Source: Geobacter metallireducens GS-15 (GTDB lineage: Bacteria > Desulfobacterota > Desulfuromonadia > Geobacterales > Geobacteraceae). From it: a stretch of 32,000 bases of DNA. Of the stretch, positions 17,483 through 23,655 are shown piece by piece. Numbering within the stretch: position 1 is the first letter of the stretch; each line of letters opens with the position of its first letter. Below the pieces are notes generated by a model. It was not told the DNA's origin. It did no database searches and saw only the letters and a program-made list of their open reading frames with translations. The DNA lies in the NCBI RefSeq assembly GCF_000012925.1, contig NC_007517.1, positions 1,890,001 to 1,922,000 of the forward strand. The letters are read 5' to 3'. The position numbers and the translations under genes are program-made.

Positions 17483-18783
17483 AGTCCCGTCCCCGCCTCC
17501 TCTTGGTATATCCCGCCACCCACAAACTCGGGTGGGTGCGGCGGTTCCAGCTTCCCTCCCTCTCCCTGAAACAGGTGGCTGCGGTAACCCCGCCGGAGTG
17601 GGAGGTTGTCATGGCCGACGAGGTCCATGAGGATGTTCCCTTCGGTGAAAAGTTCGACCTGGTGGGGATCACTGCCATGACCCACCAGGCGGTCCGGGCC
17701 TACGAGATTGCCGACCGGTTCCGGGCGCAGGGGGTGCCGGTGGTGCTGGGGGGAATCCATCCCACCGTGCTTCCTGAGGAGGCCCAGGCCCATGCCGATG
17801 CGGTCCTTATCGGGGAGGCCGAACCGGTCTGGGCAAAGCTTCTGGACGATTTTCTGGCGGGACGTCTGGCTCCCCTCTACCGGGCACCGATACCTACCGA
17901 CGATCGCCTCGTGATCCCCTGGTCCCGGCGCGACATCCTGGCCGGCCGGCAGTACCTGACCACCCAGACGGTACAGGCTAGCCGGGGATGTCCCTATGAC
18001 TGTCCCTTCTGCACCGTTACCCCGTACTTCGGCCGCACCTTCCGCTACCGAAATCCCGACGACGTCCTGGCCGAGCTCCGCTCCTTCGAGGGTAAGCTGA
18101 TGGTGTTCGTGGACGACAACATTCTGGGGGACCCGGTCCGGGCCAAGCCGATCCTGGAGGGGATGGCGGGGATGAATCTCCGCTGGGGAGGGCAGGCGAA
18201 CCTCCGCTTTGCCGAAGACCCGGAACTGGTCAAGCTGGTGGCCCGTTCCGGCTGTATCGGGATCTTTGTCGGCATCGAGTCGGTGACCGGTCCCCATGCG
18301 AATCACGCCAAGACCGGAAACGGCTCGTCGCAGATCGACCTGGTAAAGCGGGTCAGGGATGCCGGAATCGTGCTGGAGGCCTCCATGATCTTCGGGTTCG
18401 ACGACCACGACGAGGGAATCTTCGAGCGGACGGTCCGTTTCCTGGAGGAGTGCGCCCCCAGCATCCCCACCTTCAACGTCTTGACCCCTTACCCCGGCAC
18501 GTCGCTTTTCAAACAGTTCGACCGGGAGGGGCGGTTGCTCCACAAGGACTGGAGCCGCTACGACCATGGACAGGTGGTCTTCCGGCCCAAGCAGATGACT
18601 CCGGAGCGGCTCTACCGCGGCTGGCAGGAGGCCCGGTGGGAGGCCTACCGCCTCCCCGCCATCGCCTCGCGGGTGATGAAAGGGAAGGGGAAGCTGGTCA
18701 ACCTGGCCTACAATTTCCTCCGGCGCGGAGGGATCGAACGGCCGGACCGAATCGTCCACATACGCGAGGTTGCTGAACCATGA
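17479..18783 (+). CDS. B12-binding-domain radical SAM enzyme (class B), paralog C (closest to paralog A)
   Basis: LVGITAMTHQAVRAYEIADRFRAQGVPVVLGGIHPT B12-like domain. Cluster motif ASRGCPYDCPFCTV. Collinear similarity to the 6894-8180 product along the whole length. Confidence 0.85.
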   Translation: MKSRPRLLLVYPATHKLGWVRRFQLPSLSLKQVAAVTPPEWEVVMADEVHEDVPFGEKFDLVGITAMTHQAVRAYEIADRFRAQGVPVVLGGIHPTVLPEEAQAHADAVLIGEAEPVWAKLLDDFLAGRLAPLYRAPIPTDDRLVIPWSRRDILAGRQYLTTQTVQASRGCPYDCPFCTVTPYFGRTFRYRNPDDVLAELRSFEGKLMVFVDDNILGDPVRAKPILEGMAGMNLRWGGQANLRFAEDPELVKLVARSGCIGIFVGIESVTGPHANHAKTGNGSSQIDLVKRVRDAGIVLEASMIFGFDDHDEGIFERTVRFLEECAPSIPTFNVLTPYPGTSLFKQFDREGRLLHKDWSRYDHGQVVFRPKQMTPERLYRGWQEARWEAYRLPAIASRVMKGKGKLVNLAYNFLRRGGIERPDRIVHIREVAEP

Positions 18784-20189
18784 ATATCCTGCTTCTTCGC
18801 CCCCATCCAGGGAGTGATGCCTTTGGCCTCGGCCCCTTCTTCCGGGTCGAGCCGCTGGGTCTTGAATACCTGGGGGCCGCCCTGCTTGCTCGGGGGCACG
18901 CTGTCACCATCGCCGACCTCCGTTTTCGCCCCGGCGCCTCCACCTGGGTCCGCCGCAGCCAGCCGCGGTTAGTGGGGATCACCTGTCTCCATGCCCTGGA
19001 ATATGACCGGATCATTGCCACGGCCCGCGAGGTGCGGCGGGTTTCGCCGGACGCCTTCATCCTTGTCGGCGGCCATGCCGCGGCGGCGTTCCCCGATCCG
19101 CTCAAAGACAATGTCATCGATGCCATCTGCCTGGACGACGGCGAGGAGATCATCACCGCCCTCGCGGAGGCTCTGGAAACGGGACGGCCTCTGACCGACA
19201 TCCCGGCCCTGCTGTTCAGGACAGGGGACGGCTGGGTGGAAACTCCCCCTCTATCCGATCAGACCTGCCTCGACCTGGTCCCGCTCCCGGCGCGGCACCT
19301 CGTGGACCGGCACCGCAACAACTACCACTGTCTCCTCTTTAAGCCGGTCTGGCTCATCGAGACCGCCCGGGGGTGCCCCCACCGCTGCTCCTTCTGCTCC
19401 GTCTGGCAGCTCTATGGCCGGTCGGTGCGCGAGCGGAGCATCGCCACGGTGGTGGAGGACTTCGCCACTGCCGGTGATTCCATCTTCGTGGCCGACGACC
19501 TCTTCTGGTACAACCGGGAACGGAGCATCGAGCTTGCCGAGGCGCTGAAAAAGCGGGGAGTCCACAAGCGCTGGATCCTCGTTCAGACCCGCACCGACCT
19601 CATATGCCGGAGCGCCGACATCATGGCGGCCTGGCGTCCCCTGGCCAAGGACTTCGACATCTTCCTGGGGCTTGAGGCGGCCAGTGACAAGGGCCTTTCC
19701 GGTCTCGACAAGGACGCGGGGCTTGCGGAGAGCATCGAAGGGGTCAGGATCGCCCGGGAACTCAAGTACGGCATCAACGGCAACTTCCTCGTGGGCCACG
19801 ACTGGGGCGAGGAAGAATTCCGCGAACTCTGGGACTTCGTGGCCCAGTACGGCCTGCAGCGGGCCGGCTTCACCATCCATACCCCGCTGCCGGGGACCGA
19901 CCACTACCGCGAGATGAAACCGCGGATCCCCGACCAGCCCTGGTCCAACTTCGACATGCACCATCTCCTCTGGGAGCCGCGCATCGGCGCGAAGCGGTTC
20001 TTCGAGCTTTACGCCGAAACCTGGCGCCGCTCGATCCTCAATACCTCCGGCGAGAAGAGTATCGTCGACTGGATGCGTCAGGTCCGACCGAGCCAGATTC
20101 CGTACATTGCCCGGGTGCTCTGGCGCACCCAGCGGATGATGAAGCCTGCGGCCTATTTGAAGGAGTATGAGGCGACGCGGCCAAGGTAG
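18780..20189 (+). CDS. B12-binding-domain radical SAM enzyme (class B), paralog D
   Basis: N-terminal B12-like domain (LVGITCLHALEYDRIIATAREV...ILVGGHAAA). Cluster motif TARGCPHRCSFCSV. Last gene of the operon. Confidence 0.85.
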   Translation: MNILLLRPHPGSDAFGLGPFFRVEPLGLEYLGAALLARGHAVTIADLRFRPGASTWVRRSQPRLVGITCLHALEYDRIIATAREVRRVSPDAFILVGGHAAAAFPDPLKDNVIDAICLDDGEEIITALAEALETGRPLTDIPALLFRTGDGWVETPPLSDQTCLDLVPLPARHLVDRHRNNYHCLLFKPVWLIETARGCPHRCSFCSVWQLYGRSVRERSIATVVEDFATAGDSIFVADDLFWYNRERSIELAEALKKRGVHKRWILVQTRTDLICRSADIMAAWRPLAKDFDIFLGLEAASDKGLSGLDKDAGLAESIEGVRIARELKYGINGNFLVGHDWGEEEFRELWDFVAQYGLQRAGFTIHTPLPGTDHYREMKPRIPDQPWSNFDMHHLLWEPRIGAKRFFELYAETWRRSILNTSGEKSIVDWMRQVRPSQIPYIARVLWRTQRMMKPAAYLKEYEATRPR

Positions 20190-20217
20190 AAGGGAACGGT
20201 AAGGGCGGGATGACATG

Positions 20218-20254
20218 AAAAAGGAGGAGGTGCTCAAGGCATCTCCCCCTTTTT
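20218..20254. terminator. Probable intrinsic terminator (bidirectional: A-tract, hairpin, T-tract)
   Basis: AAAAA-GGAGGAGGT...ATCTCCCCC-TTTTT. About 9-bp stem with one mismatch and one G-U pair, and a 9-nt loop. Lies between the convergent operon end (20189) and the lipoprotein gene end (20359). Confidence 0.5.
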
Positions 20255-20358
20255 GTGTTCAGTGCAGGTGGTTGTCAATACAGCTTTTCAACGAAGTTCG
20301 CCAGGTTTTCACCGATGCTCATGGCCTGAGCGGGGAAGGCTGTTGAAGCCTGCTCCCA

Positions 20359-20961
20359 TTATTGAACCTTCCTGCCTTTGTATTCTGTAAATTCCTTATG
20401 GTACCCCTCGGTAATTTCTCGCTCATAGTCTGTGACCGCTTCTTTGTATTCGTGATCAGACAAGTCTTCATACGGGTCTGTTGGATCAAGTTCATAGAAC
20501 GTACAGCCATCATTGCCGATTTCAGAAGCCAAATGCTCTGCAGTAACAGGAGTCAGAGTGACACGCGCAACCCACCATCCCATGCGAGGTGTTTGCTGTA
20601 CATAGTATACGGTGTCCGGTTCGAATTGTATCTTACCGGTTTCAAGACTTTCCGTCCTTGTAATGAGATATTGTAAACCCGGTTCAATGTCGGTCTTAAT
20701 AAAGCAACCTTTCCCTTTCGTTACCCCAATAAATTTTTTATCAAGGTGAGTGAAAAAGTTGACAGCACCACCAAAACTAGTCGTTCTGGCTATCACAAGT
20801 GCGGCCTTGCCAGTCTTTGGTTTTACAGTCATGATGTCCAGCGGTTCTTCCTTCTTAACCATATGAGATGGTCCACAAGCAGCTAACATCATCATCAGTG
20901 GAAGAAGCAATAACAATCTTTTTAAGTTACGGCCCAACAAAATTGAGTGAGTACTAGTCAT
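20359..20961 (-). CDS. Lipoprotein, DUF2846-like
   Basis: Signal peptide with lipobox LLLLPLMMMLAAC. AGGAGG Shine-Dalgarno. Body pattern GKAALVIARTTSFGGAVNFFTHLDKKFIGVTKGKGCFIKTDIEPGLQYL resembles DUF2846 family proteins, from memory. Visibly AT-rich relative to neighbouring genes. Confidence 0.65.
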   Translation of the reverse strand: MTSTHSILLGRNLKRLLLLLPLMMMLAACGPSHMVKKEEPLDIMTVKPKTGKAALVIARTTSFGGAVNFFTHLDKKFIGVTKGKGCFIKTDIEPGLQYLITRTESLETGKIQFEPDTVYYVQQTPRMGWWVARVTLTPVTAEHLASEIGNDGCTFYELDPTDPYEDLSDHEYKEAVTDYEREITEGYHKEFTEYKGRKVQ

Positions 20962-21103
20962 GACATCCTCCTGTTCGTTACGTTGTTAGATGACAAGCTG
21001 CTGGAACAAACCAAACAATGATCTATACCGAAAAGTGTCGTTTAATTAATATGATTTGTAGCACCTATGTGTCAAGTGGTTAGTTGGGGTTAATTTCAAA
21101 GAA

Positions 21104-21154
21104 CACGACAGCCCCACTAAAAACTTGCTGGAGTTGAGCGGTTAGTTGAGGTTC
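21104..21154. repeat. Non-coding duplicate of the 3' end of the PagL-like gene (copy 1)
   Basis: A 23-nt perfect match, AAACTTGCTGGAGTTGAGCGGTT (21121-21143 = 23028-23050). Flanking similarity: CACGACAGCCCCACTAA against CACGACACACCCACCAG. A further shared GCACCTAT at 21061-21068 and 22992-22999. No intact ORF covers this copy. Confidence 0.75.
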
Positions 21155-21205
21155 TCTTCTTCTTGATTTGTTATATTTAATTATATCATTATATCCATAA
21201 ACAAC

Positions 21206-21234
21206 TTGATTCCGTTACCGATGTTTGCTACCTT
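21206..21234 (+). promoter_or_regulatory. Candidate sigma70-type promoter for the riboswitch-cytochrome transcript
   Basis: TTGATT (21206-21211), 17-nt spacer, TACCTT (21229-21234), about 35 nt upstream of the aptamer. Pattern only; other AT-rich candidates exist nearby. Confidence 0.3.
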
Positions 21235-21269
21235 CCGCCCACCGAAAAAAAACTCACGATGCATTTGTG

Positions 21270-21346
21270 ATAGACGACAATACTAAACCATCCGCGAGGA
21301 TGGGGCGGAAAACCCACAGGGTCTCCCTGAGACAGCCGGGTTGCCG
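21270..21346 (+). promoter_or_regulatory. GEMM-I cyclic-dinucleotide riboswitch aptamer (A at the Vc2-G20-equivalent position suggests the GEMM-Ib / 3',3'-cGAMP subclass)
   Basis: - Aligns to the remembered V. cholerae Vc2 aptamer.
- ACUAAACC, then hairpin CCAUCC-GCGA-GGAUGG (GNRA loop, 21288-21303).
- GGCGGAAAACC against Vc2 GACGCAAAGCC.
- Short hairpin CAGGG-UCU-CCCUG (21317-21329).
- AGCCGGGUUGCC against Vc2 AGCGGGGUUACC.
- Possible P1: GACGAC (21273-21278) with GUUGCC (21340-21345).
- Located in the 5' leader of a multihaem cytochrome gene, as is common in Geobacter. Confidence 0.7.
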
Positions 21347-21383
21347 AAATATCAATTGATATATATGGCAACCCGGCTGTTTT
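21333..21383 (+). terminator. Intrinsic terminator forming the riboswitch expression platform
   Basis: A perfect 13-bp stem: CAGCCGGGTTGCC (21333-21345) pairs with GGCAACCCGGCTG (21367-21379), followed by TTTT (21380-21383). The loop contains the palindrome ATATCAATTGATAT. The 5' arm is the conserved 3' strand of the aptamer, so aptamer and terminator are mutually exclusive. Confidence 0.8.
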
Positions 21384-21406
21384 ATTACCATCAGGGAGGT
21401 AGAAGT

Positions 21407-22870
21407 ATGCAAAAGAAAAAGATTTTGGTTGTAAGTCTCGTGGTCTGCGCAGTTGTAACTCTTGTATTCTTGTCGCTACCTAAAAAAGGTGTGACCGCCA
21501 CAAACACCGGCTGGAAAGTAATGGTCAGCAATGATCTCGGTATTCATTGCACCTGTCCGGATTCATCTCTCATCTCAATACTTCCACCAGCCAACACACT
21601 TCGGGCACAGGTTTTCAACGGTTCAGAAATAGTTACTGATCCTGCCAAGATCAGGGTCGAGTATTCGGTGCCATTTGCTGACCAGTTGATGACGGACCCC
21701 CAGTATCTGACCTACCTCGACAACGCCAACAAGATGTATCCGACCCAGGAAGGCTGGGCCAAGGTGAGCCGGACAAATCCGGTTTCCATAGTCGGCACTC
21801 CCCTGAAATCGGGCAAATTTGTCTCCAAGCCCGAACACAATATGTGGGTGGCTGAACTTATTCCGGTTTTCCCTCCGAAACAGCCAGCAGGAGGTGAAGG
21901 AACGTTCAAGGATGCCTTTGGCGATATCCGCCAGGCATTCCCCAAAGTAACCGTTACGGTAAAGGACGCGGTGACCGGCGCAGTGCTCGCCCAGAATACC
22001 AACACAACAACTCCTGTGGCCTTTGCCAACTGCTGCACCTGCCACAGGGAGATTTACAAGGATAAGTTTGGACAGTATCCGGCGAATCCGCTCGACAGTT
22101 TCCGTCAGACCATGCTCGCGCCCCATGATCTCAAGCACAACACAGACCTACTGAAACTTACCCAAGCCGGGATTCCGGTGCGGTGCAGCCGTTGTCACAT
22201 GGATCCCGCTGTCGGTGGAAAAACTCCCGGATATCCGCTGAGCCTTTACCCGGCGGCAGCGGGGCTCAGACTTCCGATCCCCGCCAAGACGATGACCCTG
22301 AGTATGGCGCTCCACCAGGGACACAATCTGAAAAACGAATTCCACACCCGCTATGCAGCGCTAGGGTTCAAGGAATCCTGCGAAGCCTGTCATCCCGGCA
22401 AGGAAACAGTGGGGTGCATGCGTGGCCTCCACGTGAATATGACAACCGCAAGTGGCAAGAAGCTTGATTTCAACTGCTCGGATTGTCACGGAGATCTCAA
22501 TATGCGGTTTGCAACCGGGCAACTCCTGGACCCTTGGTCGTACCGGACATTGCCGAGGTGTTCCAACTGCCACAAGAGCAACATTGGGGAGTGGACCAAC
22601 GCGCAGATCGAGAAGTACGGAAAGATCCAGTTCGGCGGCGCGTACCTGAATAGCCGCGGGCACGCGGACAACAAGATCCTGTGTACTTCGTGTCACGGGT
22701 CACCCCATGCTGAGATTCCTTCCAAGATTTCCTGGGAAAACATATTTTATTCGACCTTCAATGGCGGCAAAGCAGCACCTCTCGGGAAGTGCTACGGTTG
22801 TCACACCGACGCTGGTTACAGCGGATGGGGCAGACCTCCCCATGGCATGTCCGATAACCTTGCTCCTTAA
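21407..22870 (+). CDS. Heptahaem c-type cytochrome, secreted or membrane-anchored
   Basis: Seven CXXCH motifs (CCTCH, CSRCH, CEACH, CSDCH, CSNCH, CTSCH, CYGCH), all in the C-terminal ~270 aa. N-terminal signal/anchor MQKKKILVVSLVVCAVVTLVFLS. GGGAGG Shine-Dalgarno 7 nt before ATG 21407. The ORF-track start (TTG 21341) would translate through the terminator and is rejected. Confidence 0.9.
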   Translation: MQKKKILVVSLVVCAVVTLVFLSLPKKGVTATNTGWKVMVSNDLGIHCTCPDSSLISILPPANTLRAQVFNGSEIVTDPAKIRVEYSVPFADQLMTDPQYLTYLDNANKMYPTQEGWAKVSRTNPVSIVGTPLKSGKFVSKPEHNMWVAELIPVFPPKQPAGGEGTFKDAFGDIRQAFPKVTVTVKDAVTGAVLAQNTNTTTPVAFANCCTCHREIYKDKFGQYPANPLDSFRQTMLAPHDLKHNTDLLKLTQAGIPVRCSRCHMDPAVGGKTPGYPLSLYPAAAGLRLPIPAKTMTLSMALHQGHNLKNEFHTRYAALGFKESCEACHPGKETVGCMRGLHVNMTTASGKKLDFNCSDCHGDLNMRFATGQLLDPWSYRTLPRCSNCHKSNIGEWTNAQIEKYGKIQFGGAYLNSRGHADNKILCTSCHGSPHAEIPSKISWENIFYSTFNGGKAAPLGKCYGCHTDAGYSGWGRPPHGMSDNLAP

Positions 22871-22906
22871 TAGTTCTAACTCGTGACGCAAGACTAAGTA
22901 CTAAAA

Positions 22907-22948
22907 CTGAAAAAGCATGAGTTCCATCAGGAATTCATGCTTTTTCAG
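22907..22948. terminator. Long hairpin between convergent genes (bidirectional terminator candidate)
   Basis: CTGAAAAAGCATGA (22907-22920) and TCATGCTTTTTCAG (22935-22948) are perfect 14-nt inverted repeats, with further pairing inside the loop (GAGTTCC/GGAATTC). Followed by TTT. Lies between the cytochrome stop (22870) and the PagL-like stop (23001). Confidence 0.6.
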
Positions 22949-23000
22949 TTTAGAACCCAACCGATTGCTCGATCACTGTTCACATTTTCCTGCACCTATT

Positions 23001-23603
23001 TCAGAAAAACCACGACACACCCACCAGAAACTTGCTGGAGTTGAGCGGTTCGTTGGGCTCGGCGGTGCCGGCGTTGGAGACGTGGTGGTAGCGGTATTCC
23101 CCCATGATGGCCGTATCCTTCCCGATGAGATACTGGATGCCGGTTCCCCCCTGGTAGGAGAAGTCGAGCCGTGTCCCCATGGTGGGGAGACCCAGGTCCA
23201 CGAAGAGTACCCCGCCGCCGGCAAAGACGTAGGGGTACAGTTTCTCGTCCGCCAGTCCGGTGAATTTCCAGCTCCCGAGAAGGTAGCCGCCGGTCATGAT
23301 CCGGTCCCGCTGATCGACCGCCAGATGGATGGGGAGTTCCACCAACAGTTCGTGACGTCCTTGGTACCATGACCCTTTTCCCACCTCGTCCGACAGGAAC
23401 CAGCCGAAGCGTCCGATGGCATCTGCGGTCTGCACCTGGGTGCGGGTTGCGCCGAAGCCCCGGTGGGTTATGCCGTAGCCGGCAAGGAAGGCCCATTCGT
23501 GGCCGGCGGTGGCGACAGATGGCGATTCGGCGGCGCTGCAGGGGGAGGTGGCAAGAAGAGAGCCCGAGACCAGGAATGCTACCAGACAGGGATAAGGCTT
23601 CAT
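23001..23603 (-). CDS. PagL-like outer-membrane lipid A deacylase / acyloxyacyl hydrolase family beta-barrel
   Basis: Signal peptide MKPYPCLVAFLVSGSLLATSPCSAA. Alternating beta-strand pattern ending in an aromatic C-terminus (VGVSWFF). YRYHHVSNAGTAEPNEPLN matches the His-x-Ser-Asn catalytic motif region of PagL-type lipid A 3-O-deacylases. Confidence 0.7.
   Translation of the reverse strand: MKPYPCLVAFLVSGSLLATSPCSAAESPSVATAGHEWAFLAGYGITHRGFGATRTQVQTADAIGRFGWFLSDEVGKGSWYQGRHELLVELPIHLAVDQRDRIMTGGYLLGSWKFTGLADEKLYPYVFAGGGVLFVDLGLPTMGTRLDFSYQGGTGIQYLIGKDTAIMGEYRYHHVSNAGTAEPNEPLNSSKFLVGVSWFF
23011..23060. repeat. Copy 2 of the duplicated segment (functional 3' end of the PagL-like gene)
   Basis: See 21104-21154. 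This copy encodes EPNEPLNSSKFLVGVSW of the PagL-like protein. Confidence 0.75.
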
Positions 23604-23655
23604 GCCCTGACTCCTTTGACGATTCGCGCTTGAGTATCCGTAAGGATCACAGCAG

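Noticed and set aside
2862-20189. Possibility that the radical SAM-rich operon is a RiPP (peptide natural product) cluster
   Set aside because: No small precursor-peptide ORF fits in any intergenic gap; the gaps are 0-70 bp. There is no peptidase or RiPP-recognition-element protein. The carrier present is an ACP together with KS, KR, DH, TE and lipid export genes.
5647-20237. Many long antisense or out-of-frame ORFs across the operon (for example 5647-6615, 9378-10433, 11623-12780, 14149-15177, 15062-16564, 17377-18759, 19251-20237 on the minus strand, and numerous 60-290 aa plus-strand alternatives)
   Set aside because: These are high-GC shadow frames. Their translations are dominated by Arg/Pro/Gly/Ala with no catalytic motifs. 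Each overlaps a sense ORF with clear family signatures and operon-consistent start/stop coupling.
20275-20322. 15-codon minus-strand ORF (MSIGENLANFVEKLY), which is also in frame with the lipoprotein gene beyond its TAA stop
   Set aside because: It has no Shine-Dalgarno and is too short to evaluate. It is most simply non-coding 3' UTR or a remnant of a displaced gene end. There is no evidence for read-through.
20223-20339. 38-codon plus-strand ORF starting at a GTG right after a GGAGGAGG-like sequence
   Set aside because: The apparent Shine-Dalgarno is the 5' arm of the terminator hairpin and abuts the GTG with no spacer. The ORF runs through the terminator T-tract.
21341-21406. ORF-track start (TTG 21341) for the cytochrome
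   Set aside because: It would require translation through the riboswitch 3' strand and the 13-bp terminator hairpin. A GGGAGG Shine-Dalgarno plus ATG at 21407 immediately precedes a canonical signal peptide.
22917-23372. 151-aa plus-strand ORF starting inside the inter-gene hairpin
   Set aside because: It is antisense to the PagL-like gene, which has a signal peptide, a catalytic motif and a beta-barrel C-terminus. Its start codon is buried in the terminator stem.
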